Below, piece by piece: positions 13,901 through 27,443 of a DNA stretch of 64,000 nt. This DNA comes from Octopus vulgaris (lineage: Eukaryota). The stretch lies in contig OX597838.1 of assembly GCA_951406725.2 (NCBI GenBank), positions 38,192,001 through 38,256,000 of the forward strand, read 5' to 3'. The notes below the pieces were generated by a model, which saw nothing but the letters and a program-made list of their open reading frames with translations, was not told the DNA's origin and ran no database searches. Numbering within the stretch: the stretch's first letter is position 1; each line of letters begins with the position of its first letter. The position numbers and the translations under genes are program-made.

Positions 13901-14617
13901 ATAATCCAATATTGCCGAAATACAACTTTAACGCGAAATAACTTCGTAAATATAAACTTTTCGAAAATACGCTAAGAGTAAAAGATGTTTTATATGATAC
14001 ATTCTACTAGTATACGTAGTTTGAATGTGTTTTGTTTCTAAATCTGCCGGTCAAAAGGTAAAGATCTCAAAATCATTATCATTTTTTTTTTAAATATCAA
14101 TAGGCGCAGGATTGGCTGTGTGGTAAGTAGCTTGCTAACCAACCACATGGTTCCGGGGTCAGTCCCACTGCGTGGCATCTTGGGCAAGTGTCTTCTGCTA
14201 TAGCCCAAGATGCCATACAGCCCCTAATAATTTTTAATTTATAAAAATATATTCTTTTATTCTTTCATTATATGTATATATATGTATGTGTGTACAGCGG
14301 ACTTACACGAAGTTGTCTTTAACTAAATTCTCTCAGGTGGCATTAGGGTATCATTTAAGAAACGACACTTGTCCAGGGTCCCGTGCCTTGTGACTGAGCC
14401 CGAAATAATATGGTTGAAAAGCGAGCTTCCAGTCATGTAACCATGCCAGCGCTTCCATGAATTTTTAATTCCTATCTTCTTCTACTATAATTCGTAATAT
14501 TTTTAATATTTTTCATCCATCAAATAAAAATGATTTTGATTTTCGTTGTTTACCGTCACACTTAAAACCATCTTTAACAATAGTTATGTAATATTTTCAA
14601 TATTCAAATTATATTAT

Positions 14618-14832
14618 GGCGGCGAGCTGGCAGAACCTTTTGCACGCCGGCCGAAATGCTTAGCAGGTATTTCGGCTGCCGTTACGTTCTGAGTTCAAAT
14701 TCCGCTGAGGTCGACTTTGCCTTTCATCCTTTCGGCGTCGATAAATTAAGTAGCAGTTGCGAACTGGGGTCGATCTAATCAACTGGCCCCCTCCCCCAAA
14801 CTGTTGTGCCTTGTGACTAGAGAATAAAGAAT
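14618..14832 (+). mobile_element. SINE family B
   Basis: ggcggcgagctggcagaa head plus the central block. Confidence 0.8.
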
Positions 14833-14916
14833 ACTTAAAGTATTTTTCGCTATTGTTCCCAACAATCTGAATTCGCTTATTTCTCCCTCAAAACACAGAC
14901 TGTATTCTAGTCAGGA

Positions 14917-15015
14917 TTAAAAGCCAAGTTCTCTACAGTCTAATAATTTCCTAATTTTTTCAAATTTCTCTTCTGCAAGGTACTTCAAGAGTACAACACC
15001 TCGAGAGCTACACTT
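14917..15015 (-). CDS. Candidate terminal coding exon of an unidentified host gene
   Basis: Strong acceptor (ttttttttttcag|) followed by non-repetitive KCSSRGVVLLKYLAEEKFEKIRKLLDCRELGF-stop in phase 0. Confidence 0.35.
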   Translation of the reverse strand, partial: KCSSRGVVLLKYLAEEKFEKIRKLLDCRELGF

Positions 15016-15837
15016 CTGAAAAAAAAAACCCAAAAACAAAAAGTTCAGTATGTGGTCTCTGTGTAAATCAATCGTTCCCAAAGTGGGCGGTACTACCCCC
15101 ACCCCTGGTGTGTCAATGAAAAGAACCAGTGGTGTGGTCGTTGAAGGAAAGTGGGGGAATAATGGCCTGGCTAAAAGGCTCTGTGGATGTAAACGCAACA
15201 AAATAATGGGTTAATTACTTAATTTTTCTTTTGTGAAATAGAACTGTTTCGAAAATTCTACAGAAAGTGGTCAAAGTATGTGGTAGTGGTGGTGATCAAG
15301 TGGAGGGTGTGTGCTAGGAATGTGGCCTGGGTGCCAAAGCGGTGTCAGTTGAAAAATGTTTGGTAATGACAGCTACAAAACTCTCGAAGAGTATTACTGC
15401 TTGATGGGTGACACAAGAGAAGCATATTGTTCCGTAGGGTAATTCTTTAGGAGGGGAAATAAAAGAGAACGCAACAAAGACGCATCGGTTGCTATACCGG
15501 ATAACAGTTGCACGTAGTCATGTAATTACAGGAAGTGTGATTACAGGAAGTGTAATTACCGGAAGTGCGATTACAGGAAACAGTTCATCGAAATCACATC
15601 TATATCGATATCTTCAAATATGAACTGATACTTATAACGATGCCAGGAATTTCAAACTTAATATCATAGCAAATAAAGTGTGTTGTATATAATCCATATA
15701 CAAGTACAAAATGCCTGCAAGTCAGTGTTTCTCAAGCGGCGTCCGTATGGCGCTTGGGGGTCGATATAAGATTTTGTTGTTAAAATTTGCTAAAATTTTG
15801 TTGTAAAAACGTGCTGTTAAATTGGTTATTCATCTAC

Positions 15838-16615
<778 letters not shown>

Positions 16616-16948
16616 AGTATACACGAAATAATTTAACAATATTTTCTTCATACAGCCCCTAATAATTTTTAATTTATAAAAATATATTCTTTTATACTTT
16701 CATTCTGTCATTCTCTTAATTATTTCCGTCATTAGATTGCGACCATATTGGAGCACCCTCTTAAAGGGTTTAGTCGAACAATCCGACCCCAGGACTTATT
16801 CTTTGCACGCCTAGTACTTATTCTATCGGTATATTTTGCCGAATTGTCAAGTTCGGCGATGTAAACACATTAACATCGGTTGTCAAGCGAGGATAAGCGA
16901 ACAAACACAGACACAAAGGCACACATAAATATAAACACACACACATGG

Positions 16949-17012
<64 letters not shown>

Positions 17013-17036
17013 GTATATATGTATGTATGTATATGC

Positions 17037-17084
<48 letters not shown>

Positions 17085-17122
17085 GCATATAGAATATATA
17101 TATAATAATAATAATAATAATA

Positions 17123-17170
<48 letters not shown>

Positions 17171-17223
17171 ACAACATCGAAAAATACCTTATGAATGAGA
17201 ACCCAGGTTCGAAATTTTCCCAA

Positions 17224-17269
17224 AATACCTGATGAAAGCTGGAAAGTATATCAGCCGAAACGTAGTGTT
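17224..17269 (+). ncRNA. Minimal type I hammerhead ribozyme motif
   Basis: aatac-CTGATGA-a-agctg..cagcc-GAAA-cg-TA-gtgtt. Stem I aatac/gtgtt; core intact. Confidence 0.75.
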
Positions 17270-17399
17270 AACAACAAACATGATGAGGGCAAATATCCGT
17301 CAAATGTAAATAATGTAGATGTATAATATCGTATTATTATAAGATTGTAAATTTGTAATAATTGTAAATAATAAAACTTTGTTAGAATTTCGTTGATTA

Positions 17400-17470
<71 letters not shown>

Positions 17471-17770
17471 TGTATGTGTGTGCCTTGGTGTTTATAATCT
17501 TGGGTTCTTTGATTGCTACTTCCATCCAGACGCTTGACAAACGCTGTTGGTTTGTTTACGATATATTGCGTAGCAGTTCACGAAAAGAGAACGATAGAAA
17601 AACTGCCAAATCAAAAAAGCAAAAACAAAAACAAAAATAAAACAATATATAAACTAGACCTGCCGTCGAATTGTTCGATTAAAAGCCTTCATAACGGCTC
17701 CTCCAGCAAGGCCGCAATCAAATGCCTGAAACAGGCTTAAAATTTGTCATTGTGTACTGTATATCATAAA

Positions 17771-17807
<37 letters not shown>

Positions 17808-17811
<4 letters not shown>

Positions 17812-17876
17812 TCACTGCCTGGAATCGAACTTGGAATCCTGGGGTTAGTAGCCTGAACTCTTAACCACTACGCCAT
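17808..17876 (-). mobile_element. tRNA-like Pol III head followed by (TAA)n
   Basis: Minus strand TGGCGTAGTGG (A box) ... AGTTCGATTCC (B box), then gacctgaataataat. Confidence 0.7.
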
Positions 17877-17988
17877 ATGAGGACAAATATGCATCAAATG
17901 TAAACAATGTAAATAATGTATAAAATTGTTTTGTTTCTCATTCTTTCGTAATCTTTAGCAAGGTTTCGATATCTGTATGGCATCAGTA

Positions 17989-18404
17989 CAGTAATCCCTC
18001 GAATATCGCGTGTGTTACGTTCCCCGACCCCCGCGATAGGAGAAAATTTCCGAAGTAGCAAGAACACTGTACCGTATATATTTCTATAATTTTTATATAT
18101 ATATTTCTTTTATCATAAATAGAAAACAACATGAAGGAATCGACTTCAGCTTAAATAATAAACCGCGATATGTGAACCGCGATGTGGTGAGAGATTACTC
18201 TTTTACTTGTTTCAGTCATTTGACTGTGGCCATCCTGGAGCACCGCCTTTAGTCGAACACATCGACCCCAGGACTTATTCTTTGGAAGCCTAGTACTTAT
18301 TCTATCGGTCTCTTTTGCCGAACCGCTAAGTTGCGGAGACGTAAACACACTAACATCGGTTGTCAAGCGATGTTGGGGGAACAAACACAGACACACAAAC
18401 CTAT

Positions 18405-18455
<51 letters not shown>

Positions 18456-18636
18456 CTTATATACGACAGGCTTCTTTTCAGTTTCCGTCTACCAAATCAA
18501 CTCACAAGGCTTTGGTTGGCCCGAGGCTATAGTAGAAGACACTTGCCCAAGATACCACGCAGTGGGACTGAACCCGGAAGAATGCGGTTCGTAAGCAAGC
18601 TACTTACCACACAGCCACTCTTACGCCTTGTTACTG
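17989..18636. mobile_element. Tigger/pogo-like MITE with a SINE A inserted in its right TIR
   Basis: Left end TA|cagtaatccctcg. The right TIR gagattactg|TA is split by the SINE, with ttact duplicated (18195-18199 and 18631-18635). Confidence 0.65.
18197..18628 (-). mobile_element. SINE family A
   Basis: Full-length copy. Confidence 0.9.
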
Positions 18637-19083
18637 TATAATGTTATGAAAAAGAGTATCTCTACCATTGGTGAATATAAGAATTTAAGTGAAAATTAAA
18701 TTTTTACCAGCTTGATATAAAATATATGGCTACAGGGTGAAATGTATTGAAACAACGTATAGACTAGACGAGCTGTAATTGTATACATATTTTTATCGGA
18801 AGGAATTGTCTGTCGCTTATACATAGCAAGTGGCAAATCAAAGTTTCACAATATATAAGACGCTGTTGAGTTTCTGGCAGAATAATTAGTGCAGCGATTT
18901 GTATAATTCTTGAAGGTATTCTCAGCAGTGGTTTCAAATCACAGCGAAGTCCAATTCGTTTGATCTGGCTTTTGAAATAAGTAAACCCAAGAAAACGAAC
19001 AACAAACACAAAAAAGAAAACAACAACGCGAGGATGTGGTACGTTAAAGTGTTAACAAATACTCAGAGAAGGGAAGAAAGGTG

Positions 19084-19119
19084 GTTTTACGTTTCGAGCA
19101 AAAGCTCTTCTTCAGAAAC
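19084..19119 (-). ncRNA. Minimal type I hammerhead motif in a PLE pLTR-like repeat
   Basis: Minus strand gttt-CTGAAGA-a-gagc tttt gctc-GAAA-cg-TA-aaac. Confidence 0.8.
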
Positions 19120-19209
19120 AGGAGACAGAGAGAGGAAAGTCCAATAGAAAAGGAGATCACTAGCCACTACACATTCTTCATTTTCTCTTCTTTGTTTCTT
19201 TCTGTGTTC

Positions 19210-19245
19210 CTTTCTGTGGAAGAGCGTAGGCTCGAAACGTTAAAG
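19210..19245 (+). ncRNA. Hammerhead-like motif (variant core) in a pLTR-like repeat
   Basis: cttt-CTGTGGA-a-gagc gtag gctc-GAAA-cg-TT-aaag; same family as 32348-32385 and 50355-50390. Confidence 0.55.
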
Positions 19246-19325
19246 ACTTTTTCACTTCCCGAGTGTTAAACTAATACATCTATTTCTCTACTTCACCTGA
19301 CTTCTTTTGTTTTTTTGTGAATTCT

Positions 19326-19364
<39 letters not shown>

Positions 19365-19366
<2 letters not shown>

Positions 19367-19833
19367 AAGTATAGAAGCCATCTTATCATGGCTAACCACA
19401 TTGGGGAGGGGGTGTTACTGTACTTTACATTATCGAGCGATTACTGTTTCAATCTCATTCTGAGATTTAATTATGCTTACTGTTCGTTTTTCGACATCAG
19501 TGGCAGACGCCATTAGAAAAACTTATATCTATTTGCAAAGGAGCCTTCTCTTTCATCGCTACCTGGTGGTTACCGTCCGTTGACGAGGGACAACAATCCC
19601 GAAACTAGTTCGAGCGTATCACTCACGCTTGCGAGGAAGGGATGGCCTCCCTTTGCAAATACTCCAAGGACACAGATATTGTGTCTAAAGCCAGCTTGAG
19701 ACGACGATCTCTTGGGGCTATAAAGCTACAGTAACACCCCCTCCCCAATGTGGTTTGCCATGATAAGATGGCTTCTATACTTTACATTATCGAGCGATTA
19801 CTGTTTCAATCTCATTCTGAGATTTAATTATGC
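19365..19833 (+). mobile_element. Non-coding HHR-bearing retrozyme-like element, 357-nt unit with a 5' inverted arm
   Basis: Inverted arm 19365-19422 is the reverse complement of about 19728-19786. Direct repeat 19421-19477 / 19778-19833 (offset 357). HHR at 19574-19616. (TA)n on both sides. Confidence 0.75.
19574..19616 (+). ncRNA. Type I hammerhead motif (C3U variant)
   Basis: cg-TTGACGA-ggga caacaa tccc-GAAA-ctag-TT-cg, with palindromic helix III ACTAGT. Confidence 0.65.
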
Positions 19834-19859
19834 TATATATATATATATATATGTATATA

Positions 19860-20175
19860 TCACCGTGACCGTGATCACCGTTACCGACCAGGTTATCAGA
19901 TGTTGCTACACATCGCTGGTCACAATGCGCTTCGCATTTTTTTAGCCTTGAAATGACGCCACCCCGCTGGCTAAGTGAGCAGGCGAACAGAAGAAAGAGT
20001 GAGAGAAAGTTGTGGCGAAAGAGTACAGCAGGGATCGCCACCACCCCCTGCTGGGGCCTCGTGGAGCTTTAGGTGTTTTCGCTCAATAAACACTCACAAC
20101 GCCCGGTCTGGGAATCGAAACCGCCATCCTACGACCGCGAGTTCACTGCCCTAACCACTAGACCATTGCGCCTCC
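19860..20175 (-). mobile_element. tRNA-derived SINE family D
   Basis: Head ggaggcgcaatggtctagtggttagggcag..ggtttcgattccc; tail ctggtcggt(a/c)acggtgatcacgg. Second copy at 38122-38417. Confidence 0.85.
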
Positions 20176-20190
20176 ACACACATACACACG

Positions 20191-20231
<41 letters not shown>

Positions 20232-20542
20232 TCGAATCGACCCCAGTACTCTTAATTTTTGTTGAACCTAGTGCTTATTCTATTGGGTGCTTTTTGCTGA
20301 ACCACTAGTTTATGGAGACGGAAACACACCAACCCTGGTTGTCAAGCAGTGATACGGACAAACATAATACACACACACACACACACACAGAGCCCCCCCC
20401 ATTTCTTCAATTTTCACTTTTTCCGGATATTCTTTTGGCGAGATACGCACAAAAATACGGAGATTCTGATTCTGAAATAACAATTGTTTGTAAAATTTCA
20501 CTTACCCCTCCCCACTCAAGCAGGCTAATTATATATATATAT

Positions 20543-20733
20543 ACTCTTACTCTTTTACTTGTTCCAGTCATTTGACTGCGGCCATGCTGGAGCACCGCCT
20601 TTAGTCGAGCAAATCGACCCCGGGACTTATTCTTTGGAAGCCCAGTACTTATTCTATCGGTCTCTTTTGCCGAACCGCTAAGTGACGGGGACGTAAACAC
20701 ACCAGCATCGGTTGTCAAGCAATGCTTGAGGGA

Positions 20734-20787
<54 letters not shown>

Positions 20788-20958
20788 CATATATACGACA
20801 AGCTTCTTTCAGTTTCCGTCTACCAAATCCACTCACAAGGCATTGGTCGGCCTGGGGCAATAGCAGAAGACACTTGCCCAAGATACCACGCAGTGGGACT
20901 GAACCTGGAACCATGTGGTTGGTTAGCAAGCTACTTACCACACAGCCACTCCTGCGCC
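20543..20958 (-). mobile_element. SINE family A
   Basis: Full-length copy. Confidence 0.9.
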
Positions 20959-21209
20959 TATATTTATATATACGCTGAAATGTAATATATAATTACGATT
21001 AATTGTGAAATTCTGCATACGTAATGCATTTGCGGATATATCAGTTTGTGTTTATACATGTGCGGATGTTTATGTGCGAGAGAATTTGTATAGGTGTGTG
21101 TATATGTTTGTTTGTATATTGTGCATATAATGCATATACACACAACTTATGCCTATATCTCTACACACACATACTTACATAAATACCACATTCATAGACA
21201 TATATTTGA

Positions 21210-21249
<40 letters not shown>

Positions 21250-21657
21250 CAAAATCGGATAAGAACGAAAAACATCTAGACAGGTGGGTGATACAAAAAG
21301 GGACATCAAAACTTTCCAGATGATACAAAGAAAACAAGGACGGGTCATTCGGAGTTTTGCCGTGCACCGGTCACGTCGGGAGAGAAAAGAGAGAAAGGTA
21401 GAGGCAGAGGGACAGAAGAATTAAGGAGGGGCGACAAAAATGACAGGGACAGTAAAATGAAAAGAGGAGAGAAAATGAGCAAGAAGAGAATGCAAGGAAA
21501 TGTGAGAGAGGGGGAACGAAAGAACGAAGAGTGGAATGAACGAAATAAGCCTTAAATGTATGGTAGAAAGAAAGAAGGAATAACAGAAAGAATAAAGTCG
21601 TAGGAGATTTAGATAAATATATACTTACATATAAGAGACCAAAGTTTACGCACGCCG

Positions 21658-21713
<56 letters not shown>

Positions 21714-21716
<3 letters not shown>

Positions 21717-22380
21717 AAATGGGACAAGAACGCAAAACATCAAGATAGACGATACAACGAAAACAAGGACGGGTCATTCGGAATTTTCCTTCCTCAGTCG
21801 AGTTCCAGATTATCTTTGCAATTACAGTTGGTTATACTCGAGATTGCCCCAATCTGGCCAGCCCCACGGAAAGACTAAGCTAAGAGCATTAGATTGCTTG
21901 GAAGAAAGCAGCGAAGGTGTACGAAAACAAGGACGGAAAAAAAATGGAGAATGTTACACAAATACAAATAACAGGACATAACAACGGGTGTCTTTCGACT
22001 AAGGATGAATTAAATTTAGCTGGCCTGTGTGGAAGTAAAGCCTTACGGCAGGGGAATAGTATTCACAAGCACAGGGAAGAATTTACATGTTGGCCGGACG
22101 ATGGCTGAACCAAGGAAGAAAGATCAGGCCTGGGTGAACACCGGTCATGTGGGAAGAGAAGAGGGAGAGGTAGATGCAGATGGACAGAAGAATTAAGGAG
22201 GGGCGAGAAAAAATGCCAGGGACACAGTGAAGTGAAAAGAGGTGGATAAAGTGAGCATGAAGAGAAGGCAAGGAAATGTGAGAGTGGGGGAACGAAAGAA
22301 CGAAGAGTGGAATGAACGAAATAACAGGGAAAGGGCTGATAGAATGGAAAAGGGAATAAAAGAAAGATTAGAGTCAAACA
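21714..22380 (-). mobile_element. Dispersed TA-associated repeat family, probable PLE terminal region
   Basis: Starts aaaatgggacaagaacgcaaaacatc right after (TA)n. Related copies at about 21248-21660, 32962-33570, 35587-36110 and 36132-36330. The minus strand carries an HHR-like CTGAGGA-a-ggaa..ttcc-GAA. Confidence 0.55.
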
Positions 22381-23264
22381 CACACTCACAATCTGGCTCT
22401 TCTCAAATTTCTGTATACTTAAACAAGAGAATCATTAGTACAACTTTTTTCTTATGATCAATATATATATATATGGGTGTGTGTGTATGTATGTATGTAT
22501 ATACATATACAATTACTTATGTAGACTTCTTTGCGTTTTCACTTATACATGTACACACACACTCATATATATATATATATAACGAAATTTTTATTAGTGC
22601 GTAGATAGACAAATGAATATATATACACACGCATATACACACCCATACAGAAAATACTAGCACTGCTGTACAAACTCATGCAACCACTTAGAAACTTTCT
22701 TTTACATATATTCACAAAAGCATGCATACGTGCATTCATATATACATACAAAAATTTTAAGCATGTATGTATATATATATATATATATACGTTTATACAT
22801 ATATATACACATACATATATATGTTATATATATAAATAACATATATATATATAATTTGCTTTCATATAGAATGTACAAGTTATATATATATATATATATA
22901 TATATATACGTATATACATATGTAAACAAGCATAAACATATACATAATACATAAGTATCCATATGCATATAAACATATCTATATATAGACACATAAAACA
23001 CACATGCACTCATGCCTATAAGGAGAAGTACATACATATATGTACATATATACATACATATATATATACGCATATACATGTATATATGTATGTATAAATG
23101 CACATACATCCGGCTGTATATACAAACGTATATAAACACAGAAACGGACCTATACTCTTATATAGATACATGAATACACATACATATATACGCATACGTA
23201 TACACACACAAATACGCACACACATACCTATACATATGCATCCGTATATACATACAAACAAACC

Positions 23265-23432
<168 letters not shown>

Positions 23433-23462
23433 TATATATATGACATACAAATATTAACTTAC

Positions 23463-23596
23463 GAATACGTACGCATCTTTGTTGAAGAATTCTATCTTTT
23501 CTACCAAGATGTCTTTTGAGTGTCCAAATTGGTATCTTTGCTTCTATGTTATTAAACCATTTACCGTTTCTATGAAACTTAATTGGCTCGGCATAC
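23463..23596 (-). CDS. Candidate internal coding exon of an unidentified host gene
   Basis: Acceptor tgtcttttag|G, open frame [44 protein letters not shown], donor |gtaagt. Unique sequence between microsatellites. Confidence 0.4.
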
Positions 23597-23779
23597 CTAA
23601 AAGACATCACTAATAACATGACTAGCACTCTTTGGCAGGATCATAACATTAGTTTTTCATTTCTCTTTTCCTCTGTTAATTATTTTTGTCTTTTCAAAAT
23701 TCAATGCCTTCGTCTTCTGCTACGGTGCCTTTTTAAAATAGTCTGTGTGAATTTCCAAATTTATTCTTATCTAGTTATG

Positions 23780-23810
<31 letters not shown>

Positions 23811-23942
23811 GTTAATGTTGTTGTTATTGTTGTTATTGTTATTCTTATTCTTATTATTTGCTAAAGAGGTAAACTAATAATAATTGTAATAATGATTGCA
23901 ATAATAACAACAATACTAATAATTTTCATAAAAATGATAATC

Positions 23943-23988
<46 letters not shown>

Positions 23989-24078
23989 TAATAATGTAAT
24001 GAGGAGGAGGAGGAGGAGATGATGATGGTGATGATAATAATAATAATAATAATAACTATAATGATAATATTAATAGTA

Positions 24079-24150
<72 letters not shown>

Positions 24151-24159
<9 letters not shown>

Positions 24160-24285
24160 TGAACGAACTACTGAGTTTGGTTTAATGGCCTACCAATGTA
24201 TACTATGAGTTTCTTTGCCCTAGGAGTCGGGAAGACACTCGGCAAGAAATGGAAGCAAATTTGAAAGAATATAAAAAAAAAAAAT
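24151..24285 (+). mobile_element. R4/Dong 3' UTR fragment inside (TAA)n
   Basis: Reverse complement of about 520-635; TAA repeats on both sides. Confidence 0.75.
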
Positions 24286-24949
24286 AATAATAATAATAAA
24301 TAATACTCTCTTTTTACTCTTTTACTTGTTTCAGTCATTTGACTGCGGCCATGCTAGAGCACCGCCTTTAATCGAGCAACTCGACCCCACGACTTATTCT
24401 TTTGTAAGCCCAGTACTTATTCTATCGGTCTCTTTTGCCGAAACGCTAAGTAACGGGGACATAAATTCACCAGCAGCTGATGATGATGATGAGGAGGAGG
24501 AGGAGGAAGAGGAGGAAGATCATGACGGTAGTGGTAGTGGTGGTTATGGTTGGTGTGGGGTGGTGAGGAGGAGGCGGGAGAGGCAGAGGAGAAGGAGGGT
24601 GAAGAGGCGGAGAAGAGGAGGAGGAAGGGATGGAAGAGGAGGAGGAAGAGGCGATAGAGGAGGTAGAGGTGGAAGAAGAGGAGGAGAAGGAGGGGTAGAG
24701 GAGGTAGAGGCGGAAGAAGAAGAAGAAGAGGAGGAGGAGGAGGAGGAGGAGGAAGGGGAAGTGGAGGAGGAGGCAGAAGGGCGGAAGAGGCGGAAGCGGA
24801 AGGGGAGGAGGAGGAGGAAAATGACGACAATGATGACAATGATGCCACTGGTTATCCCGATCTTGCAAAGGGAGGGCAACTACAATTTATAAATAATAAT
24901 GTTAATAACAACAACAACAACCACGATAGTATTTCTTGCTGCTACAGCC

Positions 24950-25316
24950 ACAATGCCTGAAATTTAGTGGGCCCCCATCTGCAAGGACATGCGCTGTTTA
25001 TCTTGGTATGAAATCACCAAGTAGCGCACATATGGTTGTGATACATATGCGTGGTGTAGCCTTAGAAGACGGGCCGTCATGTTGGGTATTTTGCGCTCCG
25101 TATATCCTTATATCCCACTGTCACGATTCGAACACATCTTCGATGAAGTTGATCGTCGTCCATCAGGACCATAAATTTCCGCGTAATCTCCGTTTCCATC
25201 TCAGCGCTACATGGAGGAGGAGGGCACAATCCAGAGAGGAATGGACGGCGTAGTCTGACCAGCGGGTCTCGAAATGACAACCGACAATCTGGTCGGTCAC
25301 GGTGATCAGGACGTGA
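24950..25316 (+). mobile_element. RTE-like LINE 3' fragment
   Basis: TWRRRAQSREEW resembles the W...A.DR..W C-terminal motif. The tail tgaccagcg..ctggtcggtcacggtgatca is shared with SINE family D. Confidence 0.55.
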
Positions 25317-25335
25317 TATATATGTATGTGTATGT

Positions 25336-25397
<62 letters not shown>

Positions 25398-25605
25398 CAA
25401 GAAAAAATGGAGGGAATCCAGAGGTAGTATGCATCAGTAATTAGACATTATATTATGTCTATTTATTTATTTTAAACAGTTCTAACAATATATATACATG
25501 TGTAAAGTATCAGTAATTTCTAGAATAGAGAAAGAAGAGCAGTATATTGGATAGATACTATCCATTGGTGGGATTCACAACCTCCAACTCTCTTTGAATA
25601 TATGA

Positions 25606-25677
<72 letters not shown>

Positions 25678-25764
25678 AATCCAAACGGGAAAACAAAAAA
25701 ACAACAACAATGGAACAATTACAGTATTATTATTAATAGGCGCTCAGGAAATGGAAGCAGGAGG

Positions 25765-25800
25765 GTATGACGTTTCGAGCGGAGCTCTTCGTCGGAAACA
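25765..25800 (-). ncRNA. Hammerhead-like motif (CCGACGA variant) in a pLTR-like repeat
   Basis: Minus strand gttt-CCGACGA-a-gagc tcc gctc-GAAA-cg-TC; the same motif occurs on the + strand at 47875-47905. Confidence 0.55.
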
Positions 25801-26732
25801 TAAAGAAGGAAGAGAGAGGAAAGAAAGATCCCAAAGCGGGCAACAGGGATAGAGAAAAAAACGACTGGTGTTTACGAGTTACACATGGTGAAGGCGGAAG
25901 TTTACGATAACAAGAGCAAAGTGGGTTTTTAAAGGCAAAAGAGTGGAGACAAGGTTGGTAACGCAACAGATGTGTGTGTATGTGTGAGTGTGTGCGTGTG
26001 CGTGTGTGTATGTGTGTGTGTGAGGCGAGATAAAAAACAAAAAATATATGTATGTGTTAGTGTGTGCGTCTGTGTGTAGGCGTGTGAGGTAGGGCGAGAC
26101 AGTGGTCGGCATAGCAGACAAAGGTCAGTAGTAAGAAAAAGAAGGAAGGATGAAGGGAGGGAGGGGAAGGGGTGGGGGCGTATGTAGCGTGCCAGCGTGT
26201 GTTGAGTAGTAGTGTGTGTGTGTGTCCAGTGTCGTGGTAGTATTAATGGCGATTAGATTGAATGTGTGTAAGAGTAATGTATATAGTTAAGCAATGTGTG
26301 TATATGTGTGCGCGTGTGTGTAACAAAAAGGGGGTTAAGGAAAAAGGACTCCAGCTGAGGGGAAGATGGAAGAGTGGTCCCGCGGAGACGGGCGTGGGAA
26401 ACCCAACGACAAGCGACGGTCCCAGGAACGCGCGGGAGGTCTCGTCGGGTCCAAGAGCGAGGTGCATGCGGCGCGTATGCGTGCGCGAACCGGCGCAAGC
26501 GCGTGTGTGCGCGCGCCTGCGAGTATGCGCGTAAGTATGTATGTGTGTGGATGTGTGAGTGTGTCTGTGTGTATGTCTGGGTGGCAGTGTGTCCGATGAA
26601 TGTATGTGAGTATGTGTGTATATATGTGTGTGCATAGATGTATGTCCGTGTGTGTGTGTGTATGTGTATGAGTGTGTATGTATGTACGTGTGGGTGTGGG
26701 GAAGTGTGTGTATGTGCATGTGTGTGCGCGTA

Positions 26733-26784
<52 letters not shown>

Positions 26785-26785
26785 G

Positions 26786-26861
<76 letters not shown>

Positions 26862-26880
26862 TATATACATATATATATAT

Positions 26881-26925
<45 letters not shown>

Positions 26926-26931
26926 TATATC

Positions 26932-27235
26932 AATAAGGATAAGATCGTTAATTTAAATATCGATCAAATCAAATGGCCAGCATGGGAATAAAAATCTTCA
27001 AAGGTAATAATTATTATTTAAATTATAATTTAGGGTATCTGAGAGATACCGCCACGCTGGAAATAGTAGCCAAGATCTGACTTTAAAACCACATTAAATG
27101 TTCATACAGCACCAAGAGAGAAGACAAAAAGACAAAATAAACTAGCAAAAAATTATTGGATAATTCTAGATCCCGGACTTCTGACTTTGCATAAGAAATG
27201 CTTTGCTTCGTCAGTGGAATATACGGAGAAAGTAT
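26932..27235 (-). mobile_element. Decayed member of the 560-nt HHR element superfamily
   Basis: Degenerate HHR at 27163-27220 (attcca-CTGACGA..GAA..tccgg.atc-tagaat), followed by gctactatttccagcgtgg..ccatgctgg. Between (TA)n runs. Confidence 0.5.
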
Positions 27236-27405
27236 ATAAGTATATATATATATATATATTTAATGTAGGATAAAACTTTTTTCGAGAACAAAAAATTTTA
27301 TCAATGGCCAGCATATTAAAAAATACCTTTAAAGATTAAAATTATAAACAACTTTTAAAGGTTAAAATTTATAAGTTATATATATATACACACACAAACA
27401 CACAA

Positions 27406-27443
<38 letters not shown>

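Noticed and set aside
24470-24845. ORF 24326-24892 as an acidic/RGG-rich protein
   Set aside because: It begins inside a SINE tail and consists of degenerate (GAG/GAA)n repeat.
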